A DNA stretch of 64,000 nt from Monocercomonoides exilis PA203. Its lineage: Eukaryota > Protista > Preaxostyla. Below are positions 1-10,259 of the stretch, piece after piece. How positions within the stretch are numbered: position 1 is the stretch's first letter; each line of letters starts with the position of its first letter. A program made the position numbers and the translations under genes. The DNA is taken from NCBI GenBank assembly GCA_001643675.2, contig LSRY02000009.1:62001-126000 (forward strand), given 5' to 3'. Under the pieces are notes generated by a model that worked only from the letters and a program-made list of their open reading frames with translations, was not told where the DNA came from and ran no database searches.

Positions 1-1795
1 TTGAACTCAAATCACTTTGGCCATAAACAGTAAAACTGTCTGCTCCACAATTAAAACTATTTGTTTCGATTATTGTTCCTGTGAGTATTTCGATATCAGT
101 CACATATTCAGGAATTAGTTGGGTCAAACAATGGCTGATGGTGCTGCATGGATGAGACTCATTTATTCCGCACGAATATGTGTCAATGGCATTCGGCTGC
201 GTTTCAGTCGAAGACACAAATCTGATTCTTCCGCCAATATTATGAAGCCATTCACTTTTGTCAACAAAAGAAGACGTATATACGCTAACTCTGTTTGTTG
301 TTTGCCTTGTTGAATAGCAACTTGGATCAATGTTGTTTGCTGTTGAACTTTGAAGAAAAATATCATGACCATATTTTTCGCAGGTGTTATTGTGAAAAAA
401 ACAGAAGAAAAGCAAAATTCCATCATTATTTGTATTAATTAACACCCCGATAGCGCCTCCTCCACACATTGAATAACAATGACAAAATAGACAATTTGAG
501 ATAATAACTTGATCAGTGCAATCCCAATGTTCAATTGCTCCTCCCCAAGAATTTGAAGAGTTATATGCACAACATTTTATAAAAAATGAATTAATAATGC
601 ATTTCTTCTGCCTCTGAGTTTTCGTTGGACGCAGATCAATTGCCCCTCCGTCATTTCCTGAAGAACAATTTTGAAAAGAACAATCATCAACCATTGATTG
701 CACATACACAAACTCTGCCATAATTCCTCCTCCTCCAAAGTCCGAGGCGACTTGTGCTGAGCATTGAGAAAATAATGAATGAAGAACAATGCATTCAGCG
801 ATTTTCAAAGCATATATTGCTCCACCTCTTGTTGAAGAAATACATCTCGTAAATGATGAATTTTCAACAGTGAGAATAGCATTTGCATTGTCATGAACAT
901 AAAGTGCACCTCCTTGTGGCGCTGTGCAATCAACCCATTCGCACAATGAAAACGATTGGCCTTCTGTTGTGTCCATTCGTTGTTTTCTTTCAAGAGCATT
1001 TGTTTCTCTTTTTCCGTAGAATGTGGTTGTGTTTTTGCAGACAAATTCTTGTGAAGAAAAAGATCCACTTGAAATTCCTCCTTCAAAAGCATTCACGCAT
1101 GCATAAATGAGGCAATTCTCCATATAACTTCGAAAACATGAATGCTCCATGTAATAATCACTTTTCTTGCCAGATTTTGCAGACATGTTCCTGAAAGCGC
1201 AGTCATTGATCTGTTCGCTGTGGCTCTTCCCTGAAACAAGAAAATTGTCTGAGGATGATACAGCCAGATCCGAAATGATGGAATTTCTCAAAACCACTGA
1301 ATTCGAGTCATCTGATGAAAATACGAGGCTGGATGAATAAACATTCTTTTGGGATAATATACTCATGTTTGTGAGGATGATTGACCCACTTTGCAAATAA
1401 AACGGAGATACTAATTTTTGGTGGGAAATGCAGGAATCCAGCATTCCCCTCGACTTTTCCGCTATAAGCATAAATTGTGAGGAAGAATGTTCAATCGCCA
1501 CATTTTTCAGTTTTGCTGAAGAGTTGAATAATCTCAAAAATGAAACAATTGTTGTTGAAGTGACTTGTTGAAATCCTTTGGTTTCGCAAAATGTGTTCTT
1601 CGTTTCTTTATTTTTTGATTCTCTGTTTTCCAGAAAATGAACATCGTTTGAATTGCCTCCCTTAGAATAAACAGGGCCATTATGCAATTGAGAAATAAAG
1701 CGAGTATGTTGGCTTTCGAAAAAATATACTTGTGTGGCATCATGCAACATTAATTTCCCGGCAAAAAGCAAACATGTGAAAAGAAATAGATGCAT
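1..1795 (-). CDS. Cys-rich GGA(I/L)-motif surface protein (Pmp/pectin-lyase-like beta-helix), 5' part; runs off the left edge
   Basis: ATG at 1795 (MHLFLFTCLLFAG, signal-peptide-like). Hand translation shows no stop down to base 1, which is why the ORF track lacks it. Repeated GGALY/GGAIY/GGAID/GGAIE motifs, FxxC/FHNN spacers and a CG...PCSTISHCL motif. Confidence 0.8.
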   Translation of the reverse strand, partial: MHLFLFTCLLFAGKLMLHDATQVYFFESQHTRFISQLHNGPVYSKGGNSNDVHFLENRESKNKETKNTFCETKGFQQVTSTTIVSFLRLFNSSAKLKNVAIEHSSSQFMLIAEKSRGMLDSCISHQKLVSPFYLQSGSIILTNMSILSQKNVYSSSLVFSSDDSNSVVLRNSIISDLAVSSSDNFLVSGKSHSEQINDCAFRNMSAKSGKKSDYYMEHSCFRSYMENCLIYACVNAFEGGISSGSFSSQEFVCKNTTTFYGKRETNALERKQRMDTTEGQSFSLCEWVDCTAPQGGALYVHDNANAILTVENSSFTRCISSTRGGAIYALKIAECIVLHSLFSQCSAQVASDFGGGGIMAEFVYVQSMVDDCSFQNCSSGNDGGAIDLRPTKTQRQKKCIINSFFIKCCAYNSSNSWGGAIEHWDCTDQVIISNCLFCHCYSMCGGGAIGVLINTNNDGILLFFCFFHNNTCEKYGHDIFLQSSTANNIDPSCYSTRQTTNRVSVYTSSFVDKSEWLHNIGGRIRFVSSTETQPNAIDTYSCGINESHPCSTISHCLTQLIPEYVTDIEILTGTIIETNSFNCGADSFTVYGQSDLSS

Positions 1796-1969
1796 GCTCA
1801 TCGCTGGTTAATCAACTTTTCTGTTTGATAAAATTAAATAATACTTTTGATCGATAAAAATTGCATGCAAAATACGTTTTGTTGTTAAAAATATTTGATA
1901 TATAATGAAATGCAGCGAAGCTTTGTTATAATCACAATTCATTATGCACGATTTTTAGTATTGAAACTG

Positions 1970-3511
1970 AGCTAGTTGGTAGATAACCCGGGTAAATTAT
2001 TATTAATAGAAAACAGTTATTAAAAAAAGATATAATGAAATGTTTTATGTTATTAAATGAAAAAACTTAATCGAAAGTGAAAATTCTGCACTTCGAATAA
2101 TCAATTAAGTGGGTTTTGCTGATGGAAGCTTTACAACCTTCAACAGGCGATGTTTCACTGAGGCTTTTCAATACAATTTCAGGATTTAAGGGCCAAATGC
2201 CAGAGTCTCTGAAGGATGCTACGATGGTTGAAGGCTTTAATGCTTCTGATAATGCTTCTTTGAGTTTTGTGACGAAGTTGGATCTGTTTGATGATGCATT
2301 GCTTCGCACAAAGTCTGTTTCAGTAGTGAAAATAATTTTCTTTATGTTTGCATTGACATATTTATCTAATGGCTGGACGATGTGCGAGGTGTGCGAAGGA
2401 GGAAACACAATATCGATCCTATTTTCCTTTGCCAGTTCCAAAACATCTTTGTTCGTGTGGGTTGTAACACCATCCATATGCAGGCATGCAGGAAAGTTAG
2501 ATAATCCCATTTGTTTTCTTCTTCTATCAATTGAATCGACAACAACATATTTGAATAAGTCAAAAAATAAAGAAGAATCCATTCCTTTTTTCGTAGTGGT
2601 AGTGAAAACAAAGTTGTCGGAGTTGGCCTGTGCGTATTCCTGAGGAAGAAATGTCGAATGGCTGATCACAGAAGTCTTGCAATGCTCCCCGTCAGCAGAA
2701 ATAAGTAAAAGCAAAGAAATTGATGGAGGAAGAAGTGCTTCTTGAGAAATTGGGATGGGACAATCCGGCAGAGTTATTGTCTTCGTTGATTCAGTTGTGT
2801 CTCTTTTGATATAAGTTTCATCCAGATTAAATATTAATTGTGGAATATATTTCTTCTTCTTATATAATTCTTCCAACTCTTTAAAAAAAGGACGTAAAAT
2901 GAGCCTTGTCGAATGTTCGATTCTATTTATCGGAAGTTTTGTTGGCTTTTTTAATGAAGATCCTTTTATTCTGGAAAGAAAAGAATAACCCCACTTTTTG
3001 TTCACAGCCTTTTTATTGACGCTTTCGTTCTTTTTCGAAGAATAAATGAAAGAAGCCTATTTATAATATAAAAATAATTAAATAATTGAAATAATAACAT
3101 TCAAACTACATTTGTACATTGCTTTGCAGTTGTTCCTTTGAGATGGTGTAAATCATTTTTTATTTGCATTGATATTCCATCGCGATACTTTTTTCTGATT
3201 TTCCAGGGTCTTCCATTTATTCCGACATCTCTCTGTTCATTTTTCGCCTTAACAGCTCTGTAGCATGCATTTTTCGAAATCAATCCTGCCTTGAATACAT
3301 CTGATGCTCTGAAACCTTCTTTTTCAATTATTTTCAAAATTCTTAGCTGCCTTGTTGAATACTTTCTATATTTAGACGAAGAAAGAAAAGATATAAATCT
3401 GCGAAGGTTAAATATCTCTCGTTGTTTTTTCATAACAACACATAAAGGGTGTGATAATTAAGAAAATTTCCCGGGTTATCTACTTTTTCCCGGGTTATCA
3501 ACCAACAAGCT
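1970..3511 (-). mobile_element. pogo/Fot1-like DNA transposon (Tc1/mariner superfamily)
   Basis: Imperfect TIR, 25/29 matches: 1968-1996 tgagctagttggtagataacccgggtaaa vs 3485-3513 ttttcccgggttatcaaccaacaagctta. Extra subterminal copy of the core at 3467-3483. Encloses a DDE_1-type transposase. TA on the right flank, TG on the left. Confidence 0.85.
2067..3433 (-). CDS. DD35D transposase (DDE_1 family), 2 exons (3433-3107, 3056-2067), about 438 aa
   Basis: Motifs FNLDET, HMDG and PPSHTSHIVQPLD, with 35 residues between D2 and D3. N-terminal HTH-like region with GRP. A 50-nt phase-0 intron (GTTTGA...ATAG, 3106-3057) joins the two ORFs in frame. Confidence 0.85.
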
Positions 3512-3740
3512 TAACAATATTTTTGAATGACAGATTTCGTTTATATTGAACAACTTGATTGAACATGTTGATAAATTCAAATGAAAAAAAAAGTTTTAAT
3601 TATTTATCAATTAAATGATGGTTATTTTATTACAAATAAAAAATTAATGCAAAAAGCTCTTCAAAAACTCAATATAGTAGATACAATGCAGATTAAATTG
3701 TGAAATTTAAATTAATGGAGGTTTTTTTAATAAACCTATG

Positions 3741-3774
3741 TTAATTTGAATAAAGACCACTTTATTCAAATTAA
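3741..3774. repeat. Perfect 15-bp hairpin
   Basis: ttaatttgaataaag-acca-ctttattcaaattaa. Confidence 0.85.
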
Positions 3775-4335
3775 AGGCCAAAAATTAAAAATCCACAAGA
3801 GATTTTGAATTGGAAAAGATCATTCAAATTAATAATTATTGTGGGAAAGGAAAATTAAAAAAACAAAAAACACTAATTTAAACAAAGTGGAAATAGAAGA
3901 AAAATCAAACCTTTTTTATCGATTTCATTAATAAAAACTTGAAAATTCTACGGAAGCATGTTTACACGCTTAAATTAAATAAATGTTCAATAAATAATTT
4001 GTTAATAAAGTGAAAATGTTATTAGTTTTGAATTTTAAGTGAAGAATGATTCACTTTGAAGATAATTTTTATCGTTTTTGCATAAATAATATAAAGAAAA
4101 AAGCGATATTCTGAAAATTCTGATGAATAAATAAGTTTCATTTCGTGTTTTATTACACAGAAAACATTTTCATATTCTAATTGCACTTCGTTGTTAAAGC
4201 TGCAGAATTAAAGATCCACTTCCTTTTCCTTTTTCATTTTCCTAATATTCTTTCATTTTTTCACTCATTCTCTATTTTGTCGTTATCTCTTTATTTTGAA
4301 TTGTTCTTTCTCTGAATTTTCTCTTTCTTATCACT

Positions 4336-6460
4336 TCACGCATCTTCTTTATTTTCGTTATCATTTATCTCTTCATTTTCATACAACATTCCCGTTAATT
4401 TTCTAATGCCAACTTCTTTGTAAAGAAGTACATTTTCTTCATTTCGCCTTTGCATCTGTTTTTTGAAGTATTCCACATTCTCTGTAATTTTTTCCTCCTT
4501 CATTTTCACGATCTCCATTAAACTTTCGCTCACACAGCAGGTGGAGAAGGCGGTGTTGCTCACCGGAAACGAGTTGGCAGAGGCAGATGAGGCGAATGAG
4601 ATGCACCCTCCATTGGTGGCAGTCTGTTGGCGTTGTGGAGCTGAGTCGATGTTTATCATGGTGCAGTTGGCGAGGGAGAGGGAGAGGGCAGGGGAAGTGG
4701 CAGAGGAGAGGACACAGCTGGTGGGGGTGGCTGTGGAGGTGATATCGGTGATGCTGGAGGAGTTGAGGGTGAGGGGTGCTGTGAGGGAGGCGAGGTGGAA
4801 GATGCTCTGGCTGTTGAGGGGGAGACTGGTGATTGCTGTGTGGTTGAGGGCGAGGGAGCCAGCAGTGAGGAAGAAGAGGGGAGTTTTTATTGTTATGGAG
4901 GTTGTTCCTGTGATGGTGGTTGTGTTGAGGTTGAGGGAAGGGGAGTTACCGGAGAGGTGGAAGAGGATGGGGGTGATTTGGTTTGTGGAGTTGTGGGCGA
5001 TGGCGAGGGCAGAGACTGTGAGGGAGCCCTGGGTCTGTTGGAAGAGGGCAGACGAGGCAGATGGATCTGGTGAAGAAAATGTTGATAATGATGAGGATGA
5101 TGATAACGATGAAAATGATGATGTTGATTGCGATGATTGTGAATGTGAGTTTGATGGCTGAGGAATTCCACTGGAGGCTATAGTGGTTGCACTTGTGCCA
5201 TTTCCAGTGATTATGGTATCAACCGCGCTGAAAGTGAGAGTTTGAGTTGGAACAAATGTTGAGGGGAGGAGGGTGAGAGAAGCGTCTTGGAGGAGGGAAA
5301 TGAAGCCAGTGAGGGCATACTCGATGGTGGCACATGGGGTCTGTTGGGGTCTGCCACAGGCATCAGCATCAGTTCCACCATTTGCAACGATTTTGTTCTG
5401 GGCAACGAGGGGGAGCCAGCCATTATATTCAGCATTATCTGCTGTTCCTTGATTCCAGACTCTTTGTGTTGGTGTTGTAGAACCACAACTTTCAAATGGA
5501 GATTGAGTAATACTGCTGCCATTGAAGAACACATCATTTCCTCTGCCATTTGTTGTCACGTTACCATCAAAGAAGCAGAATGTGATGAATTTTATTCCAT
5601 TCATCCAATTGAAGGTTGCATCCAAATAAATACCAGCTCCGCCGCGTGTAGATGAAGTTGACGTCAATTCATTATTTACAAATTGGCACTCATTAACATA
5701 AAATTGATTTGGCTTATTAGTTGGAGGATCATTGAATGTTAGAGAACCAGCAGAATCGCCACCTGAGTTTGAAATGCACTTGCATTTGGAAAACAAGAAT
5801 TGAAAATTTAACTGATTATTATTTAGAGCAAAATACCAACCAGTTCCGCACCAACTTGTTATTGAACAACTTTCCACTCTGTTTTCTGAGAACATCCAAA
5901 CAGAATTAGGTTGATTACAATAGAAATAAGCAGCTCATTTATGAGCAGCTGTACAGCTTGTGAAATTGGATTTCGTAATGTTACCATTAAATAAATGCAA
6001 GCTGTATAACGCTCCTCCTTCACCATTGGATGAACAATTGTCGAATGAACAAGAAGTGATTGTGAGATTTGCGTTTGCGCAAACTACACAAAGCGCACCT
6101 CCATAATCATTCCTTCCATTTGAATAATTCCATTCACACCATTCAAAGTGATAACCGTACTGTCCGAATGAAGCCAATCTTCCTGGTGTTTCTCGATGAG
6201 ATTCTGTTCCTATATGAACAACAGGAGCATTTGGTGTAGAGCTTGTTTGGCGAAGAAAGGCGGTGTCAAAGGCAGAGAAAAAAATGTCGGAGCTGTAAAA
6301 AGAAGAGAAGATAGAACTGTTGATGATGGTTTGAGCGTGCTGGAATAGAAATCTGTTAATTCAGACGAGAGAAAATAAATAGATGGGATCGTCGAAATTT
6401 TATTTGCACTTTCGAGTAATACTGAGGATGGAGAGAGTTCAAAAAGTGGAGGACACATAG
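4336..6460 (-). pseudogene. GGA-motif surface-protein pseudogene fused at its 3' end to an unrelated Glu/Lys-rich segment
   Basis: ORFs 5935-6177 and 4336-5895 are in one frame, separated by a single TGA (HK*AA, where the paralog at 58 kb has HGGAV). Upstream frame disruption. Motifs GGAL, FCFFDGN, GRGNDV, CG...PCATIEYAL. Abrupt switch to SESLMEIVKMKEEK near 4525. No TM anchor. Confidence 0.7.
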
Positions 6461-7225
6461 GAAAAGGGTTTATGGAATTCGAAACATGTAATTAAATTGT
6501 GTAATCTGCAAAATAAGAAGAAAAATATCGAAAAAGAAAATTTTGAAATAATATAAAATGTTCTTCATAAAAAATAAAATCTTGAAAAAAAAAATCATAT
6601 ATACCTTTTAACATTCAGTGTTTTATATATTTCTTATAAATGATTTTTAACATTGTTTTTCGACAAGGTGAAAAATGAAAAACAATTTTGTTTGAAAATT
6701 GCTGTTGCTTTTAACAAAAAAAGTTGTAATTACCTAATGAGGACTGATCAAAATAGAATAGAAGTTGATGCTTGTGCTGCAGTTTTAAAGAAACAGTTCA
6801 CAATTGTGAAGAAAAAAACTAAAAGTTATAAAAAGCTTTTATGATTTGTATATTGGGAAAAATGTCTTTTTAATTGCAATAATCAATCAAACTTTCATTA
6901 TAAAGCTCACGTTTCCGATTACAAAAGTTAGAACAGCATTTGAAACGAATTATCGAATTGTTCTTTTTATCGAAGAAGATTATTGAAAGATCAAATTTTT
7001 TTCTAAAAGAAAATCTAAATTAACTTCAGTATTTTATATAAATCTTTTCTGTTTATTATTTAATATTATTCTTTTTCAAGTTTTAAACATTCAATTCAAA
7101 ATCGCATGTGTGTTTTAAAAATAAGCCAGTCAATTTAAATAAACAGGGGTATTTTTAAATAACCCCCACAATTTTAAATTTTTTTTTTCAATTTGAATTA
7201 TGTGATCCAATCTGCATTGCATCTA

Positions 7226-7626
7226 GTTAGTGTTAATAATGGTGGACACTTTCAATAACTGTGGACAGTCGCATTATCTCAACAACTATTGATAGTTGCA
7301 TTTCATCAACATACCCAATTATTCCCCCAATGGATACAAACTTATAAGTCATACAAAAATGAAACAACTTGCTCCCAAGAATCAAAAAGTTAACAGATTC
7401 CATTCTCGGAGAAACTCGTAGAAACTTATTTCTCCGAGTTTCTCCGAAAATAATAATTAATTATTACAAAATCCATTGCGTTGGATAAGTTATTAAAACA
7501 GTTCACATGAGTTTGTATTCAATGAGGGAATAATTGGGTTAATTATTAAAAAGCAACTGTCAACGGTTGTTGAGATAATGCAACTGTCCACAGTTATTGA
7601 AAGTGCCCACCATTATTAACACTGAC
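7226..7626. mobile_element. MITE/foldback element with about 120-bp TIRs and TA target duplication
   Basis: 7226-7344 is the reverse complement of about 7508-7626 (roughly 85%). TA at 7224-7225 and 7627-7628. Central 22-bp hairpin at 7403-7450. Confidence 0.85.
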
Positions 7627-8356
7627 TATTCATTTAAAATGAAAAAATTTCACTTCGATATAATCCCATCTTGCCAATTCGTATTCAAGGAAAATTTTCG
7701 AACCGATATTTGAAATGAAAAAAGAAGGAAAGAAAGAAAGAAAGAAAGAAAAAAAAAAAAGATTTCAAAAACAATCTCCCATATGATGGATTAATTGCTA
7801 TTAATGATCAAAAAATGTGCAGTAATATTTGAGCTAAATATTCACATTAGTGACGTTTCAAAAAGAATGACATATAAATATTCAAGAAATTAAAAAAAAA
7901 AATTACAAAATGTTCAACAAATAAAAAAATAAAAACTCAATAGTCTATCATTTATAATTTTTCATAATTTGAAATCTGTCTTTTTTGTGATTTATCACTG
8001 ATGATAATTTTCGTTAAATTATTGATTGAACGAAAATTTGAATATTCAACTCAAATTTCAAAAAAAGAAAACGTTTTTTAACTGCGAAATATTAATATTT
8101 TGATCCGTCTTGGACACAATAAACGAAACGCTTATGATGTTCAAGCAACAAAATTCAAAATGTCAAACAGTAAAATAAATATGAAAAATAAAATCTGCTC
8201 CATTTATAAATATGTAATAATGCATGAATAATAAGACATGCATCAACAGTTGCCTATCAATAAATTCAAAACTGAAATCAAAAAATCTGAATACGAGAAA
8301 TTAATAATGTTTTCTATTTCGCACAAAGTTATGCAAATGCTTCAACAACACTATAA

Positions 8357-9438
8357 CTACTTAAGAAGGGGTTTAAGTTGGTTAATGAGTGCTCTGGTAT
8401 CCTTTGTAAACAGCCTGATGCCTTCGCTAAGCTTTGTTGTAGCCATTTCGTCTTCATTTAACATCCATCTGAACGATTTTTCATCGCAAGGTATTCTTTC
8501 AATGTCTTTTGTTGCTGCAATTTCCGGACTGAGCTTTCTTTGAATCTATTAAACGATTAAATAATTAGGAGTGAAAAAATATTAATATTGTCACACTTCT
8601 ATGTTCTCTGAACCAAGTTTTTCAAGAAGCGCCGGAGAAACAGTGAGAAGATCGCATCCTGCCAGCTCGATGATTTCATAGATATTTCTGAATGATGCTC
8701 CCATGACAACGGTTTTGTAGCCAAACTTTTTGAAATAATTGTAAATAGTATGAACAGATACAACACCAGGATCTTCTTCCGGCTTTTCGACTTGCTTCCC
8801 TGTGGATTTTACAAACCAATCCAAAATTCGTCCAACAAATGGAGAAATCAAAGTCGCGCCCGCCTCAGCTGCTGCGACAGCTTGCGTCAAAGAGAAAATT
8901 AGAGTCATATTGCAATGAATGCCTTCTGCTTCAAGAACTTTGCAGGCTTGGCATCCTTCCCAGGTTGAAGCCAGTTTTATAAGAATTCTTTCTCTAGAAA
9001 TTCCAGCATCTTCGTACATTTTAATTAATCGACGCGAACGATTAATCATTGCATCAGTATCAAAAGAAAGTTGCGCATCTACTTCAGTAGATACTCGGCC
9101 AGGAACGATCTTCAAAATTTCTAGTCCAAAGTTCACAGCCAGACGATCCATCAACCATTCAATCCTTTCTTTTTCATCAGTGTATTTTGATGCAAATGCA
9201 ATTGCCTCCTCAACCAATGGCTTATATGCAGGAATTTGCGAGGCTACATAAATGAAGAAATGACAAACAAAATACATATACACATTTAAAAAATCAATAA
9301 AAAAGATAACAAACCTTTCATTATCAAACTTGGATTGGTTGTGCAATCCTGAGGTTTGAATTTTTCAATAAGTCCAAAATCTCCTGTATCTGCAACAATG
9401 GTTGTCAGAGTTCTTAATTGTTCGAGTGAATTTGACAT
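8357..9438 (-). CDS. TAL1: Transaldolase, 3 exons (9438-9315, 9243-8597, 8545-8357)
   Basis: [35 protein letters not shown] (catalytic Lys), [23 protein letters not shown] and [17 protein letters not shown] introns keep the frame. Confidence 0.96.
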
Positions 9439-9591
9439 TCTCCAATATATTGATCATAACCTTTATCAATAACTTAATATTTCTTTGAAACAAATCAACA
9501 TAAAAAACACATTTCTTTCTTATAACTTAAAAAGCAAACACATCATATGTCTTGGGAAAAAAAAAGTCAAACAAAAGAGAAGATTGATATT

Positions 9592-10107
9592 TCATGTCTT
9601 GAGAGCTTTTTCCAATGATTCAACGGTTGAAATAATTAACTCCTTCATATTGTCAGAAAAAGGATATTTTTCAATATTTTTTTGTAATATTTGATGTACT
9701 GTAACAAACTTAACCTCTTGTTCTATTGCTTTCCAGTCGCACACCATCTCAACAACATCAAGAAGTGTCATTAGATTGACGTCCTCGTGACTTTCAGGAT
9801 GATGCGCATTTCCACAAAGATGATGATTAACAGCTTCTTTGACTTGATCTTCTATTCCTTGAGGATAATCAAATGAAGCTCCTCTGTTTTTTTCTTTGTG
9901 ATACCAAGATAGCCAAATGTAAGCATTTCGCTCTGGTTCTAACAGTTTTGAAGCATCGTGCAATTTTCCTCTTTCAATTAGAATTTCCTCTGAGAGGCCA
10001 TGGAATCCGGCCATTAGTTTCATATTATCCTGAACAAGTTGGATATGATACTGAGTCCTATCCAAGAAAAAAGAAGTCATTTCAGAAGTTACACCTGATA
10101 TTGACAT
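9592..10107 (-). CDS. DUF5662-like HD-type metal-binding protein, intronless
   Basis: Motifs TQYH, LHDASKL, HH...NAHHPE and DVVEMVCDW, recognised from memory as the DUF5662 pattern. Confidence 0.7.
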   Translation of the reverse strand: MSISGVTSEMTSFFLDRTQYHIQLVQDNMKLMAGFHGLSEEILIERGKLHDASKLLEPERNAYIWLSWYHKEKNRGASFDYPQGIEDQVKEAVNHHLCGNAHHPESHEDVNLMTLLDVVEMVCDWKAIEQEVKFVTVHQILQKNIEKYPFSDNMKELIISTVESLEKALKT

Positions 10108-10259
10108 GTATTCTTTATATGACTTTAAAATGAATTTTGAAAGACAAAAACTTGTTAATTGAAGAGCTTTTTTCCTGGAATATTACAAAATTAAAAACTA
10201 AATATGAAAATGAAATGTTAAGGGTTTAAAAAAAAAACAATTGAAAAAAAAAGTGAAAT

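Larger units (their letters stand above)
3680..7223. mobile_element. Old non-autonomous long-TIR element carrying a chimeric surface-protein fragment
   Basis: Three collinear inverted blocks: 3678-3694/7209-7225 (16/17), 3703-3751/7133-7181 (37/49) and 3794-3812/7092-7110 (17/19). TA at both outer ends. No transposase inside. Confidence 0.55.

Noticed and set aside
5935-5937. Stop-codon reassignment or selenocysteine at in-frame stops
   Set aside because: All three stops end intact genes and very long ORFs contain none. The paralog has Gly (GGA) at this position, indicating a nonsense mutation.
5934-5954. Apparent 21-nt GT-AG mini-intron removing the TGA
   Set aside because: Any TGT codon followed later by NNA-GNN gives a frame-preserving GT-AG by chance. 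Removal would delete conserved residues (CTAAH.G).
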